Source: Candidatus Aenigmatarchaeota archaeon (lineage in GTDB: Archaea > Aenigmatarchaeota > Aenigmatarchaeia > JACPZZ01). From it: a stretch of 64,000 bases of DNA. Made by a program: the position numbers and the translations under genes. The notes under the pieces were generated by a model, which searched no databases, was not told the DNA's origin, and worked only from the letters and a program-made list of their open reading frames with translations. Below are positions 27,962 through 38,381 of the stretch, piece after piece (positions within the stretch are counted from its first letter, which is position 1; every line of letters starts with the position of its first letter). The stretch spans positions 97,932 to 161,931 of the forward strand of contig JACQNZ010000008.1 of the NCBI GenBank assembly GCA_016202815.1, in the 5' to 3' direction.

Positions 27962-30900
27962 ATGAGGCACACAGGGCTGCGGCCGGAGATTATCATACTT
28001 GTTTTGTTACTTGTTCCTGGCTTTGCGAGCGCCTCGTACACTGCAAAGATAAGCCTGACACTGGAAAAGCCCGTATATTCCCCCAGCGAACAGGTCGTGC
28101 TTTTCGGCTCCGTCTACTTGTCCAACTTAACGGCCAACGACACGTCGTACCAGCCCGTTGCCAACGCAAGCGTAAACGTGACAATTTACGGCAATTCAAC
28201 AGGCATGGTGAAGAGGAATTACACAATCAACGCCAGCGCGCAGGGCGTTTTCAAATCCAACAGCTCGGACGCGCTGACAGAACAGCCTGTGACAGCGCCG
28301 GCGGAAACAGGATCTTATTACATTGAAGCGTCTTACAGCGACCCGGACAGCGTCAAGTGGCACAACAAGCTGCCTTTTGTGGTTCTTTCGCAGACCATAG
28401 ACGACATAACAATGCGGCCTTCAAAGTCAAAGTTTTACGCAGCAGAGCCTGTCACAGTGTTTCTCGAGGCTGTCAAGCGGAGCGGCGGCAGCAGGCTGCC
28501 CGTATCCAACGTTTCCCTGAACGGGACTTTGCGGTCAGAAAATTTGGCATTAATAAATCAGTTTAACTGCACTACCGGCAGCACAGGCGTGTGCTCGGTG
28601 GCGTTCAACGCCCCGTCTACCACAGGAAAATACGTTGTGGAGGCCAACAACTTTCTTGGCACAGGTTCTTTCTACGTGATACCGTTTAACATACAGGTCT
28701 ACATGAAAGACGGCCTCGGACAAAATTACAAGGAGGTGTTCCGCACAGGCGAGGACGCCTCTGTCGAAGTTCGCGTTGATTTGAACGGCTCTGTGCCCAG
28801 CTCCAGCTACACATTCAACGGGACCATAACAAACTCCGGCGGAAGCACGATCACAAACATAAGTTCGACATTGTTAGAGTCGAATAATTCATACACGAAC
28901 AAGTTCACCTTCGCCATAAGCAACCAGTTCACGACCGGTAATTACCTTGCCTCGGTCACAGTTTACGACAACGCCAGCCGCACGCGATCGGCAACGGCAT
29001 TTTTCCAGGTCAGGGACTGGACAATGACATTTAACAAAGCCTCGTCCAGCTCCGGCTTCGAATACGAATACGTGGCATTCCCGGGCAGGCGCCTGAATTT
29101 TGAGATATATCCGAAAGACAGGCAGAACGGCAGCATAATCACAGGCTTGAACGCTTCGCAGTTTAATATCACGCTCGCGAACATGCTCGGCTCGGCGCTG
29201 CAGGCGGGCAACGCCACATGGAACGCCACCTGCGGGGGCGGGTGCTACACGTTTAACCTGACCGCCCCGGCCACGGTCGGCGATTACATCGTGGCTGTTT
29301 CCTTAAACCACAGCAGCGACACGCAAAAAATAGAAAGAAAAATAATCGTGACCAGCTTGACATTGCCCGCAAGTTCAACAACGGAAACAGGCGCCCAGAA
29401 AGATTTGTTCGGCACAACAGAGCCTGTTTATCTGACACTGGCCGCAACCAATACGACGTCTTCCGTGAACCTGACAGACGCGTCTGTAATCAACATAAAA
29501 TCCGAGAACGGCACGGAGCTCAATTACACAAACACCACATGGTTCGGCATCAATGTCACGGACAGCGTGCTCCAGTGGGCGTGGAATTCCAGCGAGCAGA
29601 GGCTGAAAATTGACCCGCCAAAAGCAGGCGGTGCATACACTGTGAAGATCGGAGCCAATTCCAATTCTGTGATAGCGACCGGGCGATTTATAATAAATCC
29701 GTACGACGTCTGCGTTGCGGCTAAAACGGGCGCAGGCACAGTGGACTCTTCGACAAGTTTTTATGCCTGGCAGTACAAGACGACAGACACCGTTTATTTC
29801 GAATTAAAAGCGGCCCAGGCAAACAACCCAAGCGGCAGGGCAAACTCCACATCCGCTAAAAACGGCACCAACTTCGGCATGGGCTTCGCCTGTTCCGTGG
29901 ACACGACGCGCCAGCAGGTCGTAACAAACGCAACCATAACCGTTGACAAAGTATTCAGCGCGATATCCGGCGTTGCGAACAGCCTGAACTCCACTGAAAC
30001 CGTGTGCAAGGCCGACGACAGCCAGGGAACTTACACATGCACGCTGAAGCCCCTGAGCAAATGGGAGGGCGGCCGCAACGTGGTCGAGTTTAGCATAGTC
30101 GGCTCGGACAGGCAGACGTCTGACAAAGTCGTCGCAATATTCGAGTCGCGCAGTTTTTTCATCTACGGTTATCCGACAACATGGGCCAACAAGCCGCAGA
30201 GCAACATAACGTTCACGCTTAACCTGTACAATCCCGGCACCAGCTGGTGGAATAACTACGGTTCAGGCGGGCTGAGCGGGTCCGCAACCATACAAAAAGT
30301 CCAGTACATGGGCAAAAACGGGGAGTGGGTGTGGCCGCCAGTGGAATATCCGTACAACACGACAGGCGTGAACGCGTCTAATATAACATCCGGTACAGGC
30401 ACGTTCTCCCTGCAGCACACGCGGGCATCCAAAGGCTCGTGGGATGTCGGCTCCTATTCTGTCGTGGTCAAAGCTACGGACGCAGCATCAGGCGAATCGG
30501 ATTACGGTGAGGTGTGGTTCGAGATAAAAAGATGGGACGCGTACTCCACCCCTGTGGAAAAATCCGGAAGCTCGTTCAATTACAAGTATTCCGTAAACCC
30601 GCGGGAAAACGTTTCATTGTACGTCAGGCTGACAACGGCCGGAAATTACAACGATAACGGCGGTTCGAGCCTCGGCGGGAATGTGAGCGTGACGGTGAAA
30701 AGGCTTGAGCAATATCCGAAAGAGGTCAACTCGAGCTCTTACGGCGTTGTCGGCATAAACGTTAACCAGTCCAGCCCGTGGTATTACAACGCAAACGCGG
30801 ACACGTACGCCAATTACGTCATAACTTTGTACCCGGTCGGCGGCAGCTGGGAGAGCGGTTATTACAACGCTGTGCTGGACATCAACGGCACGGACACAGG

Positions 30901-33121
30901 CTGGGGATGGTTCAACGTGATATCTTTCTCTGTGCAAACCCAGCCGACAGACGAAAACGGCACCAACTACGTTTACAACATCAAAGGCAACAAGCCTGCA
31001 TATTTCAACGTGACAGCCTCGAAGAGCTGGAAAAATTCTTACACGCTGTCAGACTTTGTGAACGCGACATTATCGGACATGGTGATAAGGACGTGGCGCC
31101 AGAGCGGAAACAACTGGCAGCCCATTGAGTACAATTATCCGGAAGACATCAACATCACCGTTGTCAACAAAACCAACCTTGACATCAACGGCTCCGCGTT
31201 GTTGAATGTGACTTTGCTTTCCGGCAACTGGCCGTCAGGATGGTATTCCGGCGACGTGAAATTAAAAAGCGTTTCCGGTGAAAATGCGGGCGATTTCGCT
31301 ACCGGTTACATCTATTTCAACGTGCAGCCGTTCCGCGCCCAGGCGTCTGTAACGAGCTATGAAATAGATTACGACGCCAATGTCACGGCAAACCTGTACG
31401 CCTACGAGCCGGGCTGGAGCAGCAACACCGTTTTAGCAGGCAACTACTCGATTAAAAAAATAACAGAATCTCAATGGACCGGCACAGGCTACAATTACGT
31501 GACGTATACCAATTACACGCCGCACAATTTCACAGGCCAGACAGTACTCAACATATCGCCTTCCGGCGCAACAGCAAACAACAAGTGGAGCCTGTCAAAT
31601 TCCGGTTACCGTTACCTTACAATAACCGTGGAAGACAGCAACACGGGCGACACGCAGGACGCATGGCTGTCGTTCAGGGCAATGCCATTCCTGATATCCG
31701 TAGGAACTCCTTACAGCCAGAACTCCATAAGTTCGGCGCAAAACGTAACAATACCTGTCACGATCACAAGCTCCAGGAACAGTTCGGCAGCCTCGGGCAA
31801 CATATCGCGGATATCGGAATGGGTCTGGCCGTCGCAGACCTCGTACGGTTTCACAGTGGGGAACTGCTCGTCAACGACAAGCGGGTCGTGCAAGATCACA
31901 GGCACGCAAAACGTTACGCTGCACGTTCCCGCAGGCGGCTGGTCAGAGGGCTGGCATTACATGGATATGGAGTTCACGCCTCCGGACGACAAGTCGTCGA
32001 GAATATCGTCGGGCAGCACGTGGTTCCGCGTTTCACAGTCGTATACAGGGTCGTTCTCAAACTACGACGAAAACAACGTGTGGAAATATTACATAGGTTT
32101 CAGCGAAAACGTCAGTTTACGGGTGCAGGCCACAGACGCGAATTACGTGGGCCGCGAGGTCAACATAACAAAAGTCGAGTACGCCGAATCCGGATCAAGC
32201 TGCTGGAGCGATTATTGCAGGACATACGTTGATGCGAGCTGGCAGGTAGTGAACGCCAACCCGAACAAGCCCAATGAAACAAGCGCGGCAGGCTCTGTTG
32301 TAAGGATCATTGCCCCGTCAGGCGGCTGGCAGCGCGGCGACCACATTGTGCGCGTCAACGTGGTCGGCCCGTTAGGCTCAGCCACGCTGAAATCCGGCTA
32401 TTTCTGGGTCAAGGACACTTCGGGTCCCAACGTCACGATCGCAAGCCCGTTATTCAATGTAACGATAAACGTTTCGTCCTTCTTATTCAACGTAACAACA
32501 ACCGAAGATTCCACGTGTTCGTTTAACATTGTCAATTACGACAGTTACAATTCATGGTACTGCGGCGGCTCAAACGCATCAACGGTATACAACCCGCTTT
32601 ATTCGCACACGTGCAACACAACAACGTTCAAGGGATCTTCGTATTACAGCGTTTATGCGAGCAGGTGGTCCGACTCCAACTTCCAGACCGACGGCATAAG
32701 GCATTCGTTTAACTTTTCAACAGCCGGCATGCCGGCGCAGCATTACGGCGCATACCTGTGGTGCAGCGACGTGGACTGGAATAATATCTGGGCCGCAACG
32801 GTATTCGTGGTGAACACAAGCATAAGCGGGGTAAACGTGACGCTTACAAGCCCGGCGAACAATGGCCTGGCCACGTCATCGCCGGTAAATTTCGGTTACA
32901 GCTTTACAGGCCCGACATCCAGTTGCGACCTTTACACCAATTCGTCGGGCTGGATGGTAAACGCCAACCAGCAATCGCTGCTGGCAGGGGCGCGCAACAT
33001 CACGTTGCCGCTGACCAACGGCACATATATATGGAACATAAAATGCGCGCAAACGACCAATTCAAGCAATTTCGCGTGGGGCGCGTCCAACCGTACGTTG
33101 TACGTAAATATAACAAGCTGA
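27962..33121 (+). CDS. Giant secreted surface/S-layer-like protein with tandem Ig/MG2-like domains (1719 aa)
   Basis: Signal peptide; recurring K..Y/F..E.V starts (LEKPVYSPSEQV, SKSKFYAAEPV, KEVFRTGEDA, KDLFGTTEPV); very many NxS/T sequons. Confidence 0.85.
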   Translation: MRHTGLRPEIIILVLLLVPGFASASYTAKISLTLEKPVYSPSEQVVLFGSVYLSNLTANDTSYQPVANASVNVTIYGNSTGMVKRNYTINASAQGVFKSNSSDALTEQPVTAPAETGSYYIEASYSDPDSVKWHNKLPFVVLSQTIDDITMRPSKSKFYAAEPVTVFLEAVKRSGGSRLPVSNVSLNGTLRSENLALINQFNCTTGSTGVCSVAFNAPSTTGKYVVEANNFLGTGSFYVIPFNIQVYMKDGLGQNYKEVFRTGEDASVEVRVDLNGSVPSSSYTFNGTITNSGGSTITNISSTLLESNNSYTNKFTFAISNQFTTGNYLASVTVYDNASRTRSATAFFQVRDWTMTFNKASSSSGFEYEYVAFPGRRLNFEIYPKDRQNGSIITGLNASQFNITLANMLGSALQAGNATWNATCGGGCYTFNLTAPATVGDYIVAVSLNHSSDTQKIERKIIVTSLTLPASSTTETGAQKDLFGTTEPVYLTLAATNTTSSVNLTDASVINIKSENGTELNYTNTTWFGINVTDSVLQWAWNSSEQRLKIDPPKAGGAYTVKIGANSNSVIATGRFIINPYDVCVAAKTGAGTVDSSTSFYAWQYKTTDTVYFELKAAQANNPSGRANSTSAKNGTNFGMGFACSVDTTRQQVVTNATITVDKVFSAISGVANSLNSTETVCKADDSQGTYTCTLKPLSKWEGGRNVVEFSIVGSDRQTSDKVVAIFESRSFFIYGYPTTWANKPQSNITFTLNLYNPGTSWWNNYGSGGLSGSATIQKVQYMGKNGEWVWPPVEYPYNTTGVNASNITSGTGTFSLQHTRASKGSWDVGSYSVVVKATDAASGESDYGEVWFEIKRWDAYSTPVEKSGSSFNYKYSVNPRENVSLYVRLTTAGNYNDNGGSSLGGNVSVTVKRLEQYPKEVNSSSYGVVGINVNQSSPWYYNANADTYANYVITLYPVGGSWESGYYNAVLDINGTDTGWGWFNVISFSVQTQPTDENGTNYVYNIKGNKPAYFNVTASKSWKNSYTLSDFVNATLSDMVIRTWRQSGNNWQPIEYNYPEDINITVVNKTNLDINGSALLNVTLLSGNWPSGWYSGDVKLKSVSGENAGDFATGYIYFNVQPFRAQASVTSYEIDYDANVTANLYAYEPGWSSNTVLAGNYSIKKITESQWTGTGYNYVTYTNYTPHNFTGQTVLNISPSGATANNKWSLSNSGYRYLTITVEDSNTGDTQDAWLSFRAMPFLISVGTPYSQNSISSAQNVTIPVTITSSRNSSAASGNISRISEWVWPSQTSYGFTVGNCSSTTSGSCKITGTQNVTLHVPAGGWSEGWHYMDMEFTPPDDKSSRISSGSTWFRVSQSYTGSFSNYDENNVWKYYIGFSENVSLRVQATDANYVGREVNITKVEYAESGSSCWSDYCRTYVDASWQVVNANPNKPNETSAAGSVVRIIAPSGGWQRGDHIVRVNVVGPLGSATLKSGYFWVKDTSGPNVTIASPLFNVTINVSSFLFNVTTTEDSTCSFNIVNYDSYNSWYCGGSNASTVYNPLYSHTCNTTTFKGSSYYSVYASRWSDSNFQTDGIRHSFNFSTAGMPAQHYGAYLWCSDVDWNNIWAATVFVVNTSISGVNVTLTSPANNGLATSSPVNFGYSFTGPTSSCDLYTNSSGWMVNANQQSLLAGARNITLPLTNGTYIWNIKCAQTTNSSNFAWGASNRTLYVNITS

Positions 33122-33125
33122 TAGA

Positions 33126-34514
33126 ATGAACAAAAAAATCCTATTCGCAGTTTTAATTTTCTTAGTGTCAACGCCGTACGCGGGCGCCACGCTGCAAATA
33201 ACCGCGTTCACATGCGCGGGCCAGTCCGGAACAATAAACGTCCAGAACGGCGGCACGATGACATGCCAGGCAACCGTAAACAACCCTGACAATTCCGCGG
33301 CGTCTGTAAACGCCGTTTCGCTGCTGCCCAGGGGCAGCTGGACCGAGTCAAGCAGCTATTCAGCGTCCGGATTTTCCACGACAGTCAATTCCGGCGCATC
33401 AACAACAGCCACGTTTAACGATATACGCCCGACTAGTTCCGGATTGAACAACTTTGATTCCATACTGATAGATTCGGTCAGCGACACATTTGTCGCGGAC
33501 ACGACAATAAACTCCGTTGATTTCAAATCCTTGACAGTGTCGTCATCTTCTACGAGCGCAGCAACAAGTGCGACTGTCACGATTTTCGGCAACGTCCTGG
33601 TCGGCGGTAATCTGGACGTATCGCTCGCAATTTCGCTGTCCGACTGTTCTCTAAAGGCCGGCGAAACATCGTCAAAAAGCCTCGGTTCGTTGTCGCACAA
33701 TTCGGCCAGCTCCGCGTCATGGCAGGCCACAATGGGCTCGTCAACATGTTCGTACACAGTAACTGCAACAGGGACGAAAGGTTCCGTGAGCATCTCGACG
33801 TCAAAATCCGGCAGCGTTTCCAATTCAGACAGCGGTTCATCCGGCAGCAGTTCGTCGTCAACATCGAGCAGCAGTTCGTCAGGCGGCGGAGGCGGTGGCG
33901 GCTCGACGACAACGACCACGACAACGACGACCACAACAACGCTAGGCCGCAACGAGGCGACGGCATCCGGCGGCACTTTGCTCCCCCTGGTCTTCCGGTT
34001 CGGTGACGAAGAGGTCGCTTTCACAGAAATAACAGTCCGCACAGTTGACGAAGTCAGCAACGTGAAGATAAAAGCGTCGATTGCATCAAAACCTTCCGTC
34101 ACAGCCGTAAACGGATCAGGAAAAGTTTACAAGTACCTGAAAATAGAAAAGGAAAACATACAGGACAGCAGCATATCCGCCGTGACGCTCGTGTTTACAG
34201 TCGAAAATTCGTGGCTGTTGAACAACAGCGTTGACGACAGGCGCGTGATATTGAAACGTTTAGAAGACGGCCAATGGCGCGAGCTGCCAACAGAACTGAT
34301 AGACGCCAGCAGGCCCAATTTCGTGAAATGGGATATGCAAGTCCGTACTGGCTACGAGGCAAAGTCGCCCGGTTTGTCAATTTTCGCGATAGTCGGCTAT
34401 CAAAAGCCGGTGGAAACCAAAACGCCGCAGGACATCGTCGTGTCGTTGGTGTTGGTCATAGCGTTTATGGTGGTCGTCACATTGCAGTTTGTGCGCCATC
34501 ACCACAAGCTTTGA
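33126..34514 (+). CDS. PGF-pre-PGF domain surface protein
   Basis: Signal peptide, S/G/T-rich linker, KVYKYLKI..FTVENSWL..WRELPT..SPGLSIFAI, C-terminal TM helix. Confidence 0.88.
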   Translation: MNKKILFAVLIFLVSTPYAGATLQITAFTCAGQSGTINVQNGGTMTCQATVNNPDNSAASVNAVSLLPRGSWTESSSYSASGFSTTVNSGASTTATFNDIRPTSSGLNNFDSILIDSVSDTFVADTTINSVDFKSLTVSSSSTSAATSATVTIFGNVLVGGNLDVSLAISLSDCSLKAGETSSKSLGSLSHNSASSASWQATMGSSTCSYTVTATGTKGSVSISTSKSGSVSNSDSGSSGSSSSSTSSSSSSGGGGGGGSTTTTTTTTTTTTLGRNEATASGGTLLPLVFRFGDEEVAFTEITVRTVDEVSNVKIKASIASKPSVTAVNGSGKVYKYLKIEKENIQDSSISAVTLVFTVENSWLLNNSVDDRRVILKRLEDGQWRELPTELIDASRPNFVKWDMQVRTGYEAKSPGLSIFAIVGYQKPVETKTPQDIVVSLVLVIAFMVVVTLQFVRHHHKL

Positions 34515-34598
34515 GGGCTTTGCTCCCAAACAAGCCAAAATTGACGAGTTTAGGAGCAGTTGAAGCGTTTTAGTCCGCAGAGGATGTAATACTTGTCT

Positions 34599-34745
34599 TT
34601 ATTCTGGTTTTGGTTCTACCCAAGTAACAACTTTCTTGCATCTTCTACAGACTTTTTTATAATCTAGAATATGCGAAGCAGAACCTTGATCATTAAAGAA
34701 GGGTCTATCGAACTTATGCAGTCCTATCTTACATAACAAACTCAT
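34599..34745 (-). CDS. Small putative Zn-binding protein (48 aa)
   Basis: Manual translation MSLLCKIGLHKF...KVCRRCKK...; C-x4-H plus CxxC; below the ORF-track cutoff. Confidence 0.6.
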   Translation of the reverse strand: MSLLCKIGLHKFDRPFFNDQGSASHILDYKKVCRRCKKVVTWVEPKPE

Positions 34746-34855
34746 ATCGAATCTCCTATTGTAAAATATTAAATAAAATTAATAAGTTTGCAAAAATAGC
34801 TTTGAAGCAAACTTTATAAGACAGCTAATGAAAAATAATAACAGGAGCAGGATAA

Positions 34856-35188
34856 ATGAAAGCCGAAAAATTGGGAGCATGGTCTTTCATAGCAGGCGCG
34901 GCCATAACCATCTTGGCTTCTCTGCTGTCGCTGGACACGCCGCTGATGATGACGCTTCTCGTTGTTTTGGGTCTGGTTGTGGGCTTCCTAAATGTCAAGG
35001 ACAAGCACACAACGCATTTCCTTGTCGCTGTGATCGCCTTGGCCGCAGCCGGAAACGCAAATGTGAATTTGATCCCGGTCGTGGGCACTCAGCTGCAAAA
35101 CATTCTCAGGAACATAGCAATCTTTGTCGCGCCCGCAGCCGTTATTGTTGCGCTGAAAGCTATTTACGAAATGGCATCCGGAAGATAA
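34856..35188 (+). CDS. Small hypothetical membrane protein
   Basis: Four TM segments; LGLVVGFLNV, FVAPAA; SD-like AGGA upstream. Confidence 0.8.
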   Translation: MKAEKLGAWSFIAGAAITILASLLSLDTPLMMTLLVVLGLVVGFLNVKDKHTTHFLVAVIALAAAGNANVNLIPVVGTQLQNILRNIAIFVAPAAVIVALKAIYEMASGR

Positions 35189-35241
35189 AACAGAGGCTTT
35201 TTCATAATCAAGAGTAAGGACCGATTAATTTATATTTCCGG

Positions 35242-35871
35242 TCAAATCCGGTACCGTCCCGCATTGCGCGTTTTTGCCTCAAAGGTTCCAAGCAGCCCGA
35301 ATGTCCGGCCCCTTGCTTTTATTTGGTAATCGCAGTTACCGCAAAAGGTCATGCCCATTTTATCCAGAGCCACTTTATCACCCACGCCGCGCCCAACATA
35401 CATCAGGCAATCTTTTCCTGCCGCCGTACGCACAGGCCGTTCATGGTGTTCAAGTTCGAACGGAAACATGTGGCCGAATTCGTGCGCAGCCACCCTGCCT
35501 GCATAATGCAAAAAACGCCGCCTGTCAGCAGGATTCATATAATCCTCGGCCGTCGAAATGAGAGCTACGTTTTGTCCGCCCAGCCCCGGATTCGGCTCGC
35601 CGCCTTCATTCATCATCGGGTGGGGCATAACCAGCAAAACATACCTGTTAGGATTGGAGATAACGAAACGCTGCCTTATAGCATTTGCAACCCATCCGTA
35701 CAAACCATTTTCTCCAGGCGGAGGTTCGAATGTCACCTTTGCCACGGCAGGCTCTACGCCGTCGAATTCAAAAACGCCGTTAAACGGTTTTATCGCCTCT
35801 GTTGCAAGCTCTTCCAGCAGTCGCGCATCGTATTCGTGGTTGATCCTTACAACCGCGAGGGGTTTTTTCAT
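35242..35871 (-). CDS. Archaemetzincin-like zinc metalloprotease (divergent)
   Basis: HEFGHMF..LEHH, CLM Met-turn, FCGNC. Confidence 0.75.
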   Translation of the reverse strand: MKKPLAVVRINHEYDARLLEELATEAIKPFNGVFEFDGVEPAVAKVTFEPPPGENGLYGWVANAIRQRFVISNPNRYVLLVMPHPMMNEGGEPNPGLGGQNVALISTAEDYMNPADRRRFLHYAGRVAAHEFGHMFPFELEHHERPVRTAAGKDCLMYVGRGVGDKVALDKMGMTFCGNCDYQIKARGRTFGLLGTFEAKTRNAGRYRI

Positions 35872-35945
35872 ACCAAATCAAGGAGGTGGAATAATTTAAG
35901 CTCGCGGCCGGGCAAATGGTGGAATTATTATCTTCGAATTGTTCA

Positions 35946-37286
35946 ATGTTTATTGTGTTCAAAGCGCGTCATTATTATTTGCCTGCCGCAATCGCAGTTT
36001 TCATTGTTTTGTCTTTTCTGTTTGCACCGCATTTTGACGCGAGCCAAAACAGTTCGGATAAAACAAACGCACCGGAAGAATTGGCCAAAAAAACATCGCA
36101 AACGGACAGCGATGTCATTCCCGTACACCCGGTTGCATGCAAGCCGTCGCTCGGATTTGACAATTACCGGACTGAGAAGTCATTTGCCATAAATCCCGAA
36201 AACCCGAATGAGATGTACGTAGCAGTCGAGTACAAGGGGTTGTACAAAAGCGCGGACGGCGGGAAGACGTGGAATTTTTCAGGAAACGGCCTGAAAGCAT
36301 GGCCCCGCGAAGATGATCCCGAGTTGCCGTGTTACGGGCTGCATTTTTACCTGCATTTTGATCCTGCAAACCCGGCCCGCATCCTGCTTCCGGGAGGCAG
36401 CGCACCCGGAAAAATATCGGAACTCAGGTTCCAGACAGGCGGTTTGCACGAAAGCACGGATGGCGGAAAGAGCTGGCACCAGTTATTCAACGGGGATATG
36501 AACGCGTATACAACCGAAACTGTCGTAGACCCGCGCAATCCTGAAATCATCTATGTTGGAACTGCAGCCCTGCCGCAAAGCAACACGGAAGCGGACCCGA
36601 ACGTGATTTTTGTAACAAAAGGGGTTGTTTACAAGACAGTTGACAGGGGCCGTACATGGAAAGAATTGGTTACAGGACTGATACCGCAGCTAAGAACGTC
36701 TGGCCTGTTCATGGATCCCGCCGATTCAAATCACCTGCTGCTGGCCACAATAGCGTTGCGCGTGGGCACGGACGCCGGCAAAAAAGTTTCACCGGAGCAG
36801 TGGGGCATCATGCAGACAAAAAACGGCGGAGACACATGGGCAAGGTTGGAATCCACTGCCGGCATCGCCGTCCGTTTCATTGATGTTTCTTCAACAAATT
36901 TCAGCCACATATTTATTTCCGGCGATTTGTCCGGGAGTGACAAGGCCATTTACTCCCTTGATGGCGGAGAAACATTCAATGACCTGCGAACCCAGGTAAA
37001 CTTTGCGAAGTACGATCCCCACGACCAGACCGGCATGCGGCTTTTAGGTTTTAGCGTTTATGCCCAGCCCGACGATATTTATGAAAGCCTCGACGGAGGA
37101 AAAACATGGAACGCCATAGGCAAACTGCCAAGTGAAGTGACAGACGACTATAGAGTTTCGAACATAGTTTGGGACCCCAAAGACAAGGGCGTGGTATATC
37201 TCAATGGCGACATGGGGCGCGTATGGAAATCCGCGGACAGGGGAAAGACCTGGGATCTTCTGCTGTCCGTCGAAAAGCTGGATTAG
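35946..37286 (+). CDS. Exported BNR/Asp-box beta-propeller protein
   Basis: Repeated S/TxDGGxTW motifs (at least 7); N-terminal hydrophobic anchor. Confidence 0.88.
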   Translation: MFIVFKARHYYLPAAIAVFIVLSFLFAPHFDASQNSSDKTNAPEELAKKTSQTDSDVIPVHPVACKPSLGFDNYRTEKSFAINPENPNEMYVAVEYKGLYKSADGGKTWNFSGNGLKAWPREDDPELPCYGLHFYLHFDPANPARILLPGGSAPGKISELRFQTGGLHESTDGGKSWHQLFNGDMNAYTTETVVDPRNPEIIYVGTAALPQSNTEADPNVIFVTKGVVYKTVDRGRTWKELVTGLIPQLRTSGLFMDPADSNHLLLATIALRVGTDAGKKVSPEQWGIMQTKNGGDTWARLESTAGIAVRFIDVSSTNFSHIFISGDLSGSDKAIYSLDGGETFNDLRTQVNFAKYDPHDQTGMRLLGFSVYAQPDDIYESLDGGKTWNAIGKLPSEVTDDYRVSNIVWDPKDKGVVYLNGDMGRVWKSADRGKTWDLLLSVEKLD

Positions 37287-37398
37287 CGATGTTATAATTC
37301 TATCTTTAAGCCGGTCATGTTTCCCTGTCCGCCTATGATATAAATAAGTTAATCGCAATTAACTGAAGTGATAAAATGAGCGGAGAGAAGCGTGGGGA

Positions 37399-37692
37399 AT
37401 GGAGGGGCGGCCTCCAATATCGGACGGCCGTTCCGGAATAAGGAAAGTTCTGCTTAGGGCACTCAATAAAAACCAGATCATACTTCTTAACAGCATAGCC
37501 AGGAATTCCACCAAAACCATAACGTCTATCTCAAACTCGCTGTCTTCTGAGCTAAACATACCCGTCTCCACCCTAAAACTGAACTGCAGGATATTGAAAC
37601 AACTGGACCTGATAGCGTTCGAAACAACGAAACCTGTTTCTCTTACGCAAACAGGGAAAATAGTTCTCAACATCATGGGTGAGGCCGTATGA
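37399..37692 (+). CDS. Winged-HTH transcriptional regulator
   Basis: LSSELNIPVSTLKLNCRILKQLDLI...LTQTGK; ATGA overlap with the racemase. Confidence 0.8.
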   Translation: MEGRPPISDGRSGIRKVLLRALNKNQIILLNSIARNSTKTITSISNSLSSELNIPVSTLKLNCRILKQLDLIAFETTKPVSLTQTGKIVLNIMGEAV

Positions 37693-38381
37693 AAACTGTC
37701 GGCATTCTTGGAGGGTTTGGCCCGGAAACCACAGCCGAGTTTTACGTGTCCGTTGTTGCGAAAAACAGGCCGTTTAGTGGGTCGCACCCTGCCATATTGA
37801 TACACAACTCGCCCGTCCCGTTTGATTTGGAAGAAAACGCAGTGAAAAACGCAAAAAACCTGGAGAAATTCCTGCCAATCCTGCTTAACAGCCTGGAAAT
37901 CATAGAAGACAAATCAGACTTTGTCGTCCTGCCTTGCAACACGCTGCACATTTTCATCGACGACCTCAGGAAAGCTTCGAAAAAGCCTGTAATCAGCATC
38001 ATAGAAGAGGTAGCAGCAGAAGCCAAAGCGAAGAAATTAAAAAAAGTCGGCCTGCTGGCTACCAAAAAAACGCTCAGGGAAAAAATCTACGACACGGCGC
38101 TGGCGAAAAACGGCATAGAGGCCGTAACTCCGGATGAACACGAAATTAACAGGCTATCGCAGATAATACACCTGATACTGACGGGCGTGAAATCGGACGG
38201 GTTGAAAACTGAATTGTTGGTTATGATAGAAGGTTTGAAACGCCGGGGTGCGGAAGCCGTGATTCTTGGCTGCACGGATTTGCAGCTTTTGTTAAAGCAA
38301 GGCGATTCTTCGCTGCCATTGATAGACACTATGGATGTCCTGGCAAATTCTACAGTCAGGATCATGAATGGAGGTAATTGA
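37689..38381 (+). CDS. PLP-independent aspartate/glutamate racemase family protein
   Basis: MKTVGILGGFGPETT; both catalytic Cys present (PCNTLH, LGCTDL); VGLLAT. Confidence 0.93.
   Translation: MKTVGILGGFGPETTAEFYVSVVAKNRPFSGSHPAILIHNSPVPFDLEENAVKNAKNLEKFLPILLNSLEIIEDKSDFVVLPCNTLHIFIDDLRKASKKPVISIIEEVAAEAKAKKLKKVGLLATKKTLREKIYDTALAKNGIEAVTPDEHEINRLSQIIHLILTGVKSDGLKTELLVMIEGLKRRGAEAVILGCTDLQLLLKQGDSSLPLIDTMDVLANSTVRIMNGGN

Noticed and set aside
27962-33121. True alpha-2-macroglobulin
   Set aside because: MG2-like repeats only; no CxEQ thioester motif or helical TED domain.
33830-33945. Low-complexity trinucleotide-like repeats
   Set aside because: They encode the ordinary Ser/Gly/Thr linker of a PGF-pre-PGF protein.
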